Positions 11,756-26,325 of a stretch of DNA of 64,000 nt are shown piece after piece. This stretch comes from Octopus bimaculoides (lineage: Eukaryota), in assembly GCF_001194135.2 (NCBI RefSeq), contig NC_069000.1:7869087-7933086 (forward strand). The letters run 5' to 3'. The notes beneath the pieces were generated by a model that had not been told where the DNA came from, searched no databases, and was given only the letters and a program-made list of their open reading frames with translations. How positions within the stretch are numbered: the first letter of the stretch is position 1; each line of letters starts with the position of its first letter. The position numbers were made by a program, and so were the translations under genes.

Positions 11756-11996
11756 TGAATAATTTGGAAGAATCTTAAAATGTCATAGTATTTACTAATG
11801 AAGTAAAAGTTTACATTTTACTTCATAGACAAATGAAGACAGACATAGGTCAAGTAATATATGTTTTACAAGTAGCCAGTCAGTTTGAGCAGTGATTCCT
11901 CATATTTGGATTATAAATGAAAGCAGTGGCAACCATTTGTTCGTAATGATTTTGATGTTCTGGGACATGACAAAATATTTGACTGGCTCAACTTAC

Positions 11997-12252
11997 TTGT
12001 TGATCCAACAGCTACCATACCGACTGCCATTAGGGTGATGCCATATGATGTTTCTTTGGAAAACATTTCCAGCCAAATGTCGCAGATGGTAACTAGCAGC
12101 AACACTGAAAATGCCACAATGTAACCAAATGTAATCCGGAGTTTCAAGCTGAATGTTTCGACAAGCACGTTTGTAGCGACTACGCTGAAGAAAGCAACCA
12201 CAATATAGGTGAGACTCATGTCAAATTCAATGGTTGTCCTGGGGAATCGGTC
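11997..12252 (-). CDS. SLC29A4: SLC29A4 coding exon 2 (DRFPRTTIEFDMSLTY...AVGST)
   Basis: ttgtag| acceptor and |gtaagt donor; 256 nt, phase 0->1; resembles ENT4 TM2-4 (FDMSLTY, ICDIW). Confidence 0.95.
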
Positions 12253-12503
12253 CTACAAGAGAGAGAGCAACAACAAAATTGAACAATTTCCTTTCAAAAA
12301 TGAAAGAAGACACAAAATACAACAAAACAAAATATTTGTTAATTGTACAGAGTTTACAATAAACTGAGTTGATAGTTGCAGTAACATGAACACTTCATTT
12401 TCATATCTGGTTTGCAAGATTCTTTATGTGAATTCATGTGTTGAAACAAATTTTGTTGAGTCAAGGGAGAGTCATTATGCCAATATTATTCACACACACA
12501 CTT

Positions 12504-12720
12504 AAGGCAGTGAGCTGGCAGAAGCATTAGCATCCCAGGCAAAATACTTAGCGGTATTTCATCTACCAATACGTTCTGAGTTCAAATTCCACTGAGGCTT
12601 ACTTTACCTTTCATCCTTTCGAGGTCAATGAAATGGGTACCAGTTATGCACTGGGTCGATGTAATTGACTTAATCTCTTCCCCCAAATTGAGGCCTTGTG
12701 CTTCCAGCAGAAAGGATTAT
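12504..12720 (+). mobile_element. SINE family B copy in SLC29A4 coding intron 1
   Basis: ggcagtgagctggcagaa...ttctgagttcaaattcc...gaggccttgtgc. Confidence 0.8.
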
Positions 12721-13381
12721 TAACACATACACTGGTTCAATTCCACTCCTTTATTATTAGTCAATTAGTTAAATATCTAACTAACTAATCAGTGACTTTC
12801 CAGTGACTTTTCTCTTAGTCTGTCACAGAGGCTGCATTACAAAAACAATCGATTAGTTAGTTGGATTTTTAACCAATCAACTAATAATTGAACTAGTGCA
12901 TGTATTAATAATATCGTCATAAAGACTCTCACAAGACACAGCAAGATAAACATGGCTACATATAAATGATGTTTAAGGAGTTTCTCATTGCCTTTTCCCA
13001 ACACTTTGCACTTCAAAGTAATAAAACATTATTTATGTACTTTGCTCCCTCTCTTGCCATGTTCCACAGTAAACTACTATGCCCTAAGTTGCCTATTTAC
13101 TGTAAGGCAACCGGAGTGACCCAGATTGAACTATCCTTTTCAGAGACAGTATATTGCCAATGAAGTGAGAGGAGGGAGACCAACTGAAACATTCTACCTC
13201 AGCTACAAGTGTCTACAAGAAGAAAAACTATAATAACAAAAATGTAAAGACACCCACCATCCCACTTGCTTTATAACAGGAATCAGGCAGAATTATAACA
13301 TACCCAGTGTACATGAAGGTTCTGCCAAATCCACCACCACCACAAACAACAACAACAACAAGTGATTAATTAATTAATTAC

Positions 13382-13594
13382 CTGATAATAATCAACAGCT
13401 GTAATAAAACTGTTGTACGGCAGCAGGAATCCAGCTCCTGACATCACAAGAGCAAGGTAAATACAACTGCAAGGATCCCTGGGTGGTTTCATTTTCTCCT
13501 TAGCTGTCTGGGGTCTAAATGACCCTTCAGCTTTCCGGTGGTCGACTGGAGAGTCCTTCATTTGACAATAACCATGGCTGAATGTATCATCCAT
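13382..13594 (-). CDS. SLC29A4: SLC29A4/ENT4 coding exon 1 of 8 (MDDTF...GAGFLLPYNSFITAVDYYQ)
   Basis: ATG at 13594 (aaaATGG); ENT TM1 motif GxGFLLPYNSFIT; ends CAG|gtaatt, 213 nt, phase 0. Confidence 0.93.
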
Positions 13595-14104
13595 TTTTCA
13601 CCGCCAACAGAGCAAATTTCTAAGACGTATGACAACTGGGGTATTTCAGAGTCTGTTTGCAGTCTTGTGATTTTGGTACAGAATAAATATATTTCCTTTA
13701 TTTCATACTATATGCTGTGTGTGTCTATATGTGTATATGTTGTCAGTAAAGATATATGCGTGTGTGTATGTTTGTGGATGTATCTGTTTGTCACTGTAGA
13801 CATGTAAGCATGAGTGTATCGATTTGTGAATTTGTCAATGTGTAATAATACAAAAATAAAGAGCTTTCTTCAATATTTCTGTGTGTCGTTTTTAAAACTC
13901 AATAATCTGAGCTCAATAAAGTTTAGTGGAGTCAATTGTTTATTTGTTTTAGTCTGTGATAATAAATCTTGGAAAAACTCAGCCAGTTATTAAGTTTGGT
14001 GATTAAACCAGTTGTGATGTGTCATGATGTTCTGGTGCCCTGCAATGCATAAAGAAATATAACCATTTATAACAGCTGGCAATATTATTGAAGAGACATA
14101 AAGC

Positions 14105-14975
14105 AACAAGCTGGCAGAATTGTAAGCACATCAGGCAAAATGCTTGGCAGTTTTTCACCCATCTTCACGTTCTGAGTTCCAATTCTACTGAGGTCAACTT
14201 TACTTTTCATCTTTACCTTTTCCAATTCCACTGAGGTCGACTTTACCTTTTGGAATCAATAAAATAGAACGAGTTGAACACTGAGGCCTATGTAATTGAC
14301 TTACTCCCCTCTCCTGAAATTGCTGGCTTTGTGCCAAAATTTGAAATCATTATTATTGAAGAGATACAAGGTGGCAAGTTGGTAGAATCATAAGCACGCT
14401 GAGAAAAATGCTTAATGGCATTTCATCCATCTTAAAACGCATCTATACATACATACATATATATACACATATATATATATGTATATACANNNNNNNNNNN
14501 NNNNNNNNNNNNNNTAAACTTATTTGGGAATGGATGTGTCACGTTCAATTAAATAAGTTCATAATATGATATCATCATCATCATTATCATCATTTAATGT
14601 CTGCTTTCCATGCTAGCATGGGTTGGACGATTTGACTGAGGACTGGCGAACCAGATGGCTGCACCAGGCTCCAATCTGATCTGGCAGAGTTTCTACAGCT
14701 GGATGCCTTTCCTAATGCCAACCACTCCGAGAGTGTAGTGGGTGCTTTCACGTGCCACCGGCATGAAGGCCAGTCAGCCGATACTGGCAACGGCCGCTCT
14801 CAAGCGGTATTTTGTCTGCTGTTACATTCTGAGTTCAAATTCCACCGAGGTTGACTTTGCTTTTCATCCTTTCTGGGTCGATAAATTAAGTACCAGTTGC
14901 GTACTGGGGATCGATCTAATTGATTGGTCCCCTCCCCCAAAATTTCAGGCCTTATGCCTAGAGTAGAAAAGAATG
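14105..14975. mobile_element. Cluster of family B SINEs (+) with a family A SINE (-, 14571-14790) among them
   Basis: B copies at about 14105-14345, 14370-14430 and 14795-14975; A copy begins with a (CAT)n tail. Confidence 0.75.
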
Positions 14976-15044
14976 ATAAAGAAGAAAACATTCTTTGAAA
15001 TCCTCTAAATCTAGAAAGATGACGTATTTGAAAAATGAATAAAT

Positions 15045-15080
<36 letters not shown>

Positions 15081-16184
15081 ACGCACAGACTGAAAATAAT
15101 AAAATAGAAACATCTGGTTATGAATATTAATTCTGCCAATTGTTTTGAAGGATTAATAAAGACATTATGGCAGAACAAAAGGCGTTGCTCATAACAACAT
15201 ATCATAGAAATAAGCTGGTCAAGTGGACAAGATGTGTAACCACCTGTTCTTCACTCTTAGCTTGTTACCAGTTCAAATCCATATGTAGGTGATTTTTTGT
15301 CACCATCATCATCTTCCAGTAGAGTGACTTGTCTAGGCCTAGACAAAGACAGCTCTTCCAGGTTGGATGTTTCAATTGAGTAATGCAGTATGAACATCTA
15401 GGCTGGGTTTTGGTTCATTATTGTTCTTTTGTTAGCTGAAATACCTCATCTACACATACTGTAATTACAGATAACAGCAGTTATCTGTTATGAAAGAAAT
15501 CCTTTTAGTAAGGGAGCAGAAGGTTTGAGCACAGTAACTTCAGAACTACATGATGCACAAAATCATCTTTCAGTTTGGATAATAGCCTTATGAATGTTAT
15601 TTTGCTGGGTAAATGTCACCCTGTTTTGGGGGAGTGGGTGACTTTCATCAAACATTGTAGGCCTTGATTTTAGTTTGAATATATCTTCAGCACATCTCTA
15701 TGTGAACCATTTTAGGACCTGAGGCATTGAAATTTTGTGGTGTGCAAAATGTGGAGACATGACTAGAAGGATAATTTCAGGTACCCACCCCCTAGATATT
15801 TTTGATGGGTCAAGAGAAATACATATGTTGCCAGAGGTGGTTGGCATAAAAATGGCAAAGCTCCAACCAATTGGTTGATTTGCCATAGTAAAATGGATTG
15901 TATAAGCTTTTTACAGTGAAATGGTAAACAAATTAATAATGACAAAAGTTGTAAATTTACTTTATACATTGCAAGTTAATGACTTCCCTGTGCTTGGTGA
16001 GATCGCATTTTATTTTATTAACCATTATCATGTATAATATAATTACATCAATGCTGCCATTGCCACCACTACCACCACCACCACCACCACCACTTGTTGA
16101 TGGTTTAACTAGCAACAACAAGATGGTTGAACAATAAATTATTTGCTTTCATCTGTCAGTTTTAAGTTCAAATCTCACCAAGAT

Positions 16185-16355
16185 TAGAGTAGGAAGATGG
16201 TTGATGAGGAAGAGATTGTTAGAAAAGATGGTTACTAAGGAAGGAGGTTGCTAAGGAAGATGGTTGTTAAAGAAGTTGCTGAAGAAGTTGCTAATTTGAT
16301 AGCTGCTAAGAAAAATGATAACTAAAGAAGATGGTTGCTAAAGAAGGTGGTTGCT
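16185..16355. repeat. About 16-bp minisatellite (aggaagatggttgcta)n
   Basis: Degenerate tandem units. Confidence 0.7.
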
Positions 16356-17944
16356 ATTGCCTTAGATAAATTACAGACAAAAGAATAATATTATAGCTGA
16401 ATGTTACTTTTGTCTCAAGAGGGTTTTAAGGGCCAGTATTGAGTCCAAGTTGAACCAATTCAACACTGATTGAATAGGAGAAGAATGTATTTTTTACATA
16501 GATATTTCACTAAACATCCCATAATTCCTGTATTGGGAAATAAACCACAAAATACAGAGTATATTCTTGTTAGAAAAATGGTGACAAGAAAAATTTAAAT
16601 GCAGAAAATGAGACAGAAGTCTCCCACCAGATTTATGTCTCATTTTCGTAAATGCTCTATCATTTATGAAAATGATAGAGCATTTATGAAATGCTCTGTC
16701 ATTTCATAATGATAAAACATTGGCTAAACTGGCAATATGACCATCCCCAAATACAACAACAAAAATATATAAACGGGATGAAACATTTCATTATGAAAAA
16801 ATAGAGCATTTCATAATGAAATGCCATATCACAGTAAACATTCCCAGGTGATCTATTCTTGACAAAGGAAACCTGAATTACAAGTTCTGCTTGTGACCAA
16901 TAGATTTGAACTCACAACCTATGGAATAATAGCCCACTACCTTATTCATTCAACCATCTTTACCTGTACACAGCAAGGAGAGAAAGTATCCCTTTCTCTA
17001 CAATAACAGACACTTCCTGGTCCCTCTATAACTGACACAAACACCACCATACAGCAATGCTGTGCATACATCAGGGAGAGGACAGCAGCTGTCACACAAA
17101 ACATTTAAGATGTGTTCTATTTTTTTCAAATTGGGATTCATTGTTGTAAGATATTCAAGAAAACCTGACGTTTTTTCACATACATGGCTTGTGATATTAG
17201 TGACATGTGGTGGCAGTATGTGTGTCAGTGTGTCTGTGGCATGGATAACACTTTGCGAGGAAGAAATGCAGAAAAAAGATGGAAAAGTTAAAAGTTGGAA
17301 TATTTTAGACGGCATCTGAAAGATAGCCACCTCTACCCCCACCACCATCCAACAATACTCTGCAGCCATTTACCCACTTCCATGTTATATCCCTCTGTTG
17401 TCCCTTCTACTGCTACTACAACAGTTTCTATTATTCTAAGGAGACATAGAAGGATATGTAAACAAATAAATAAACAAGACAAGATAAATGTATATATATT
17501 CTGAGATGATAAAGTATGGCCTAGACGTCGCGGGCTTCCCTTCCCAACTTGAGACTAGACCGACAGTATGACAGTTTTCCTGTTCTATAGCGATAGACCC
17601 CTCATATGGGATGCCACATGCTGTGACACCTTCTCCAGTGTCAACACGGTGGGTTCATATATATATATATAGGCTATGAGCGATAGTGGTGTTAATTAGA
17701 CCCAGAGGTTTCAGGTAATGCTGAGTACGTGCTATGGATAGACCACAGTTAAGCTCCAGGTTCGGTGGTTATGGAAATAAGGGGTCCAACGTAGCTCTGA
17801 ATATAAGGATTTACTTTTCGTAATGGGATAAAAAATAAAAAAAAAGACTGCGTATAATATAGAACATTTATAAATGTTCTATATTATACACAGCCTTGGT
17901 TTTTTTAAAAATCTCATTACGAAAGTTAAATCCTTTATATATGT

Positions 17945-18233
17945 TGTTGTTTATCCTTTTTGCTCCTTGTGGAGCATAGGGCCGGTTTCTCGGTTTCCAT
18001 GGCGTATGTGTTCCCCTCTAGCTGGATGGGACGCCCGTCCATCGCAGCTTTACTCAAGAAACAGGAAGAAAGAGTGAGAGAAATTTGGGGCGAAAGAGTA
18101 CAACAGGGATCGCCACCAACCCCTGCCGGAGCCTCGTGGAGCTTTTAGGTGTTTTTCGCTCAATAAACACACACAACGCTCGGTCTGGGAATCGAAACCG
18201 CGATCCTCCGACCGCGATTCCGCTGCCCTAACC
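17945..18233 (-). mobile_element. CpG-retaining (probably young) tRNA-derived SINE, family D
   Basis: Minus strand reads ggttagggcagcg...ggtttcgattcccagaccg (A/B boxes) and ends in a (caa)-like tail. Confidence 0.75.
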
Positions 18234-18852
18234 AGCCTCGGATCTCTCTTTCTGTCCACTTCCTTGCTAAAGAAAAGACGTACCTTTTCCTGTCTCCTCA
18301 TGGCTCGTCTACCTAGCGTTCATAATAATTTTTCTATCGTTTTGGCTCAACAGCCCGTACCGTTTGTTTTTACTGTCTTGTTGTCACTGTCCTGTTCTTG
18401 TTAACACTTTCACCCTCCGCAAAAAATCCCAAATTTTATTTAATTTGTTTTGCGGGAAGGACTGTTTCACGAAGTCGCCTATTGTCCTTGCCTTCGAAAT
18501 GCGGAGTAGATGAAACAGAGTCAACTGACGAAGGGGTGTACTCTTTATGTTGCATGTCTCGTGTCTGTTTTTTTTTTCGTTGTTCGAAAAAAGTTCGTTT
18601 TCTACGTTTTCGTTTTTATATTTTCGTTTCTCATTGTGTTTAACGTTTTTTTTAATGTCCTGTACCCATATATGCATGTATGTATACATATAGATGTAGG
18701 TATGTACATATATGTATGAATATATGCATATATTTATATATTATTTATATTATATGATAGAACGCCACGCATCCTTATAGATAGATAGATAGAGAGAGAG
18801 AGAAAGATAGACAGATAGATAGAGAGATAGATAGATAGATAGATAGAGAGAG

Positions 18853-18897
<45 letters not shown>

Positions 18898-20712
18898 GAT
18901 AGATAGAGGCTGCTAGTTGAACAATAAAAAGTACAGATGCACACAGATACATTTACATCACATAGCACATACACGTACATATAAATATATCACGCATACA
19001 CATAAAAACATCTCACATACACATTATCACACATACTGACCATAAGAATAAATATTTCCGTTATAACACACCCAACTACCCCGATATACGACATACAGCG
19101 GAACAGGAGATAACGGGGTAAGTGAAGGTTTATAAAAGAATAATTGCTTAGATTGTACCTTATTACAAGTCTGTCATCGCCAACGTGTGAGCTAGAATGA
19201 TTGATACAAAATCGCATTTCAATAAACCCTGTTATGTTCGTCGCCTTGTACCTTAATAATTACTCAGATACTGCAGTCATGTCGTTAATAGCTTCGAAAA
19301 AAAGCATGAATGCAACAACTTCTATTATTCCATTTCGTAGATTAAAGAAAACAGGAACTAACTGAGGCACAGGAACTAACTGAGACACACAGGCACTCTT
19401 AATCCACCTCTCTCTCTGTCTCATTCGTTTTTTTTTTCTCCACCTCTCTATCTCTCCCCGCTCCCTCGCTTGTATGTGTCTGTGTTTGTATATTTGTGTT
19501 GTTGCATGTCTGTGAATGTATATGTGTTGTGTATTGTAACATATCCGTCTGTTGTGCAACAAAGTATATGTTTATGTGTATATGCATCAACGGTGATTAA
19601 CCTTTGGGCAGCCCCGATCGAGAGGGAACCTTTGACATATCAGCTATGACCATCCCGTATATCTATAACTGGATTCTTACCTTTTGTTTAGGACAGTCGT
19701 GTGATTGGAAGGTGTTTTGGCCGCTATTTCTAGTCGGTGTAACCACAGTCTTAAGGATACGGGGACCAAAGATAAAGGGCAATCATTTTAGAAAATCCTG
19801 AATCTTATTTCCAAGGTACTGTCATTGGGTTGTAGTCACTAATACTGGTCCCTGGAAAGGAATTGGCGATAGTGACAGTGGGTCTTTCTTTGGGGCAGAG
19901 AATCATAACATCAAAAAGCCATGGGTCGTATGTATGTATGTATGTATGTATGTATGTATGTATGTATGTATGTATGTATGTATGTATGTATGTATTTATG
20001 TATGTGTGTTTGTTTGTTTGTGTGCGTGTGTGTGTATAAGTGTTAAGTGTTTGAGTGTTGGTACATCTATGTTTTTGTATATATGTGTGGATACATGTAT
20101 GTCGTAGAGAGAAGGAAGACCAGTGTTAATGTGTATGTCTGTGAAAATTATGTGTGTGTGTGTGTGTGCGTGCGCGCGCGCGCATAGAGTTGGAGGGATG
20201 AAATGCATCAGCGCGTACGTGTATGCATGTATGCACGCATGTGTGTGCGTGTTTAGCAAACAAATCTGACCAACAAGTTGCCAATGATGTCATGCAGCTA
20301 TTTTCGAAAGCGAAAGTAAAATGTACGCGCTTGTGGATTTCTGTATACGTTTGTATGAATACAAGTGTATGTATGTATGTATGTATGTATGTACGTATGT
20401 ATGTATGTATGTATGTATGTGTGTGTGTATGCGAATGTGTGTGTGTGTGTGTGTACACTAACACAATTCTATGCAACAGCACCTGCCGTGTTATTGTGTC
20501 TAAGAAAACAGTAAAAAAAATGGTTGCATCCCTATATCTGTCTGTTTGTCGCTATAACAGCACCACCACCATCACCACCACCACCACCACCACCACCACC
20601 ATCACCATGCGCATCATTGTCTGTGTGTCTCCAGTTTTCTTTCACCTGTAACATCATCACTCAACTTATTAAATTCTTCATCTTTGTGTTTAATTAAAAC
20701 AACGCATCCCTA

Positions 20713-20743
<31 letters not shown>

Positions 20744-22339
20744 TGTATTCATGCATGCGTTTATAGTGGTATTGCGACGTTTTGATATATGCCTTCAGAC
20801 TATATATGTATATATGTGTGTATATATAAACATCTAGGTGTGAAGCTTCGCTTGTATGTATGTATGTATGTATGTATGTATGTATGTATGTATGTATGTG
20901 TGTGCGTGCGTGTATGTGTGTGTGTATGTGTGTCTGTCTGTCTGTATGTATGTATATGTGTGTATATAAACATGTAGATATGAAGCTTTGCTTGTTTGCA
21001 TGCATGTAACATGTATATATATATATTTCGTTTTGGAATATATATATATATATATATATTTATATGTGTGTGTGTGTGTGTGTGTGTGTATGAGTGTATG
21101 TGTGTGTGTATGTGTATGTATGCATGCATGTTTTCACTTAAGATATTTGAGTATATCATCATCATCATCATCATCATCGTCATCATCATCTTCACCACCA
21201 CCACCATCACACAATGTTAGCGTCAGAGCCTGTATTCGGTCGTTGAACTTGCTTACAAAATACAACCAAATTTCCCTAAAATTGCAGCCTCTCGTCTCTA
21301 AAATAAAGAGTACTTTAGACATTGAAGTCCCCTGGTCTACAGACCAACAAACAGACAGGGTGGTCACTACCGAAAGACCTTTGATCAGAGCTGACCTGAA
21401 CCTAAACACCACCTCCACCACCACCACCATGAAACATCAAACAGAATTGAACCCTCTCTCTCTCTCTTTTCCTTTCTCTCCTCACAGAATCCAAAAAAAC
21501 ATAAAGGGAAGCTGGGCCAACCTTTGTGTCCACCACACTCTAAGTGGTCAGTGTCTTCCTTTCTGTTAAAGTGGATGGATACTGCTCCTACGGATGACCC
21601 TGTGTATGTGACTCTCTCTCTCTCTCGTCTTCCAATGACGGACAACAGACTTGTTCTGTTGAAGCTAAGATAGCATGACGCACCGATTCTACATGGTTTT
21701 AATTAAATATGAAAGACTGGTGTTAAGAGAGACAGCAGAGAGCGAGTAGTATGTGTGTGAGGGTGAGAGGGAGAGCAAACAAGGAGAAGAGAGAGAGAGA
21801 GAGGGAAAGAGCAAAGGCTATGAGAGAGAGGGAGGGAGAGCAAGTAGTGAGTAAAACGGAGAGCTAGAGGAGGTAAACGCTGTCAGAGAGAAGAGCAAGC
21901 ATTGAGAGAGAAGGAGACCAGAAAGAAGGAGAGAGGGAAAGAAAGGAAAGCAAACGTGGGAGAGAGAGGAAAGAAGGAGAGAGGGAGAGTAAGCACTGAG
22001 AGAAGGAGAGAGGGAGAGCAAAGATTGAAATGAGATAGGGGAAAAAGCAGTGAGACAGAGAGAGAGAGAGAGAGAGAGGAAGAGAGTAAATATTGTGAGT
22101 GAGAGAGCAAGTAGTGAGGGAGAGGAGAGAAAAGGAGAGGGAGAGAGCAACCAGTGTGCGTGTGTGAATGTGTGCGCGTGCGTTGTGCATGCGCGCACAC
22201 GCTTTCTTGGCGGTTGCGATATGAGAGGGGAGACAAGAGAAACAGAAAGCGTTAGAAATATAGTGATAGAAAAGTGTGTATCACACAGAAGGGAAGATAT
22301 AACGCCGAAAGGGAAGAGAGATTACTGTAATATGTGTAC

Positions 22340-22385
<46 letters not shown>

Positions 22386-23573
22386 GGAGTGAAAGACAGA
22401 GAGAGAATGCGAGAGAGGAGGAGTGAGATGGAGAGATAAAGTAAAAGTGAAAGTAATGAATGAGAAGTAGATTGATAGATATAATACGAAGGAAGGGGTG
22501 AATGTTTGAGAGAGAGGTAGAGAGAGAACGATAGAGACAAAGAAGAAGATGCTTATGAAAGGGGAGCTGTGAGAGCGGTCAGTTTGCTTTGTTGGTATTG
22601 TTGTTCACTTCCGATTCATCCCTGAACAAGCTTTCACGATCTTGCAGCCATAAAAGCATCCTCTATTTGTCTATTAGTATCTTCATTAAATTTAATGTAT
22701 CCTTCTTTACTAAAAAAAAAAGAAGATGACGTGTAGTTTGAGGGAGAATTAGCTGCTACTTCTAGCAGGTCGAGCGACTACGTCGAAGCTCTCGCGCTTC
22801 TGAAAGAGAAAGAGAAAGAGACAGACTAAACGAGTAGAGAATGAAGGAGGGGAGGTAGCCTGTGACGTCATGCATAATTACAATAAGTGATCTAAGGGAA
22901 ATAACTCAAGTACAGTAATTGATTTAATTTAGCTAATTTAAGATGTAGGTGGCGTTGTACTCAGTGACGAAACAAAATTCTCGAAGAATTGGAAATTTCC
23001 TTCCAACTAGAGAAAGAAAACAAATTCCTGAGGTCAACTAATAAATAGCAACATTGATGATTTCGAGAAATTAATTTTTAACTTCACAGAAATTTTTTCA
23101 CATCGGGGGAAAATCTGATCTCTGTAGACAAGGGGGACAACTGTGGACATGATTCGATTTTATTTTAGCTCATCAGGGATGTATCCTAATTACGAATCGA
23201 ATTAAATAGTAGAAATAAAGTATTGCTTGGTTTCAAGTGACTACTGAGGGGAGGTACAGCTTATAAGCTGGATTGTTTCTGTTCTTAGCGATGATGATGA
23301 TAATGATGATAAGAGTGGTAGTGGTGGTGGTAAGAGCAATGATCTGAGATGAAGCACATGCAGTGGGTTTTTGAGAGGAATATATAAATGCTATTACGGT
23401 AATATTTGTGTCCTGTGAAGAGACAGCCAAACAGATACTGTTACAAAGATAGAGTGAGTTTTAGGGAGAAAGAGCCAGATAGAGAGACGATTATATATTC
23501 AAATACACACACTATATGTACATACACACACTATTTGTACATACACACACTATATGTACATACACACATAAGA

Positions 23574-23621
<48 letters not shown>

Positions 23622-23759
23622 TTAAATAAGAGCTAAAAACTGATCCATTGAAAATACTTTATTATGATGACCTATGATCATTTCGATGCAATATCCAGAT
23701 CGATTCATGCATATTATAAAATATGGGATACTGCATCTCCTCAGGGTCTTATTAGTAGA

Positions 23760-24085
23760 AGAATGCTTAGTGGCATTTCATCGGTCTTATTGTTCTGAGT
23801 TCAAATTCCACAGAGGTCAATTTTGTCTTTCATCCTTTCGAGGTCAATAAAATAGGTACCAGTTAAATATTGGGGGTCAATGTCTTCGACCTCCCCCTCC
23901 CCCACAATTGATGGCCTAGTGCCAAAATTTGAAATCAGTATTATCACTTTTATTATTATGATATTTCTGCCGATGTCGACTTTGCCTTTCATGCTTTCGG
24001 AGTTGATAAATTAAGTACCAGTTGAGTACTGGGGTCAATGTAATCGACTTAACCCCCTCTCCCAAAGTTTCAAGCCTATAGAAGA
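23760..24085 (+). mobile_element. Two tandem family B SINE copies
   Basis: Two successive ttgcctttcatc...aagtaccagtt...ggggtcaatgt blocks. Confidence 0.75.
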
Positions 24086-26325
24086 AAAGATCATTATTAT
24101 TTTTATTATTATAAGTAGTAGTAGTAGTAGTAGTAGTAGTTGCAGTAGCAGCAGTTGCAGTAGTGGTGGCGACCACAGTGGCAGCAGCAGCAGCAGCAGT
24201 GGTGGTGACAGCAGTTGTAGTCAACAATACTACAAGGTGTGAAATATGGGCCCCACTTTCAATACACACACACACACGCACACACACACACACCACTAGA
24301 ACATGGATTATCCAGAATGTTGCAACTGTAGCTATTTTTTTTCAAGGATTTGATTGGCTGATCCAGAACTCACATATATATGAATAGAACTATGCAACAA
24401 CTACCACCACCACCACCACCACCACCACCACCACCACCACCACCACTACCACAACAACAACAATAATATAAGAGAATGAACGAAGTAATACCAGATGAGT
24501 TTGAACTCACAACGATTATTCTAGTGTACAGCACTCTCCTCACTGTGTCACAACATCTGCTCAAGTCAATATCATCTTTGTAATGTAGAGGAAATGGATA
24601 ATTGAATAAAAATATGTTATCTTCGAAGTGGCACCATTCCAAAGCAAGACGTTCCATTAGGGAACAATTAGAGCAATAATTCCACTCTTTAGATAAACAT
24701 GGCTGCCAGATAAGCCATTTTTGATTCTCATTATATGATCTCGGGAGAAATACGGCTTAGAATTGATGGAAATTCTGTTTCAGTTGAATGGTTGGCTGGT
24801 CTGATGGAATCAAATAAAAATACTGCAGAGGAAATAAAAACATAATTTTATTATCAATAAATATGTCTGTTGTACAAGAATTAACATTTTGTGCAGTACT
24901 GTTACAAGTAAAGATAAGACATCTGTGTGGTAAAGCAGCCATTTTGGTATGAAGTGGAGCCTAGAACATGACTGATTGTGGTTGTATTAAGTTGTGCTAA
25001 CTAATTCTATTTGAGTTGACCTTTAATATTTCCAACTGTGGTCCTCTCATCTTGAGTGTGGGGAATGTTTTTCTAAAATGAGGAGTGAGTCTGTTGAAGG
25101 AGATTGGCTACTATATTAAGCATGTCAAGCAAATTCAGGTTACATCTTTGTTATCTGGTGGGCTATATAGCAAAGATATCAGATGTATATTGAGGGAGAT
25201 TTAGATTTAGATTGAGGGAGATTTAGATAGATTGTCCCTAGGTTGTCCCTTATTCAGCAGATCTAGGATAAAAAGTGTTCCAACCAGGACCAACTTGGTT
25301 CATGATGTCTAGGAATACATTATCCAAAGTAGTCTGTCTCTCTTTCAAAATGATAAGATGTGAAAGGAGGGGGGATTTGGCTGCTATTTCTAGTAAGGTG
25401 AGTGGCCATGTAGAGGCTTGTTTTTTGGCTCATATAAAACTGGGTTTTAGCTGTTGTTTACCAAAAGTACTGAAACAGTGTGAACAGAACATTAAAAATA
25501 TGGCAAATGGGATTATTATTTTATAGGTTAAAACAGTGTCATACCGTGTTTATAAATAGTGACGAAAATATAGAACAGATGGCAAAAAATTGTTGAGAAA
25601 ATATCTAACTGTAAGTGCTAAAATAACAACATATCCCTGCAGAAGAACTTTAGTGTTCCTATCATGTCCACAAACTCCCATGGTAGTACAAGTGGTGCCC
25701 TCTCAGTTTTGCTGGTAATATATTGTTATAATAATTTATAATGAAATGATGCGTTCATGATATCAGAAATGGAGTGAGAGCTGTATTTTAGCCAATGTAT
25801 TTAGAAAAATTTTCCAAATAGTGTTTCTTTCTAATATGACACAACACCTCAAATTTGGGAGAGGTTCAGCTAGACTGACATCATAACTTGGCTGGTATTT
25901 TATTTTATCAAACCTGGAGGGATGAAAATATAAAGAAATTTCAAAGGGTTTTTTTTTTTTATAAAGTTGGGTGGAATATAAGTTTCCTATTTACAAATTT
26001 AAAGAAAATAGATTTCCATGAATCTTACTGGTACAATGATACAACAATAATTTCATTTGGCTTGAGAACACTGGTTAAATATAGAAATCAAGTCCAAAAA
26101 ACCTCCAAATATTAAATTGCAATTGTTTACATGAAGGATTTGTAAAAATGCACATTGTTAAGTCAATTAGATAACTTATGTTATAGAAATACTTTGGATA
26201 ATGTACAGAAATTTTCTTTTTTTCTGTGTGAATGGGATAATTTGCATTGTAAAGTTAAATGTGTATAAACAGATAAATAGTCATTGTTCAAAGAATTGTC
26301 ATTTGAAAATGCCCTTCATATTTGA

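Noticed and set aside
18510-18545. GAAACAGAGTCAACTGACGA, type-II hammerhead-like order
   Set aside because: Only 2 nt between GTC and CTGACGA, so stem I cannot form.
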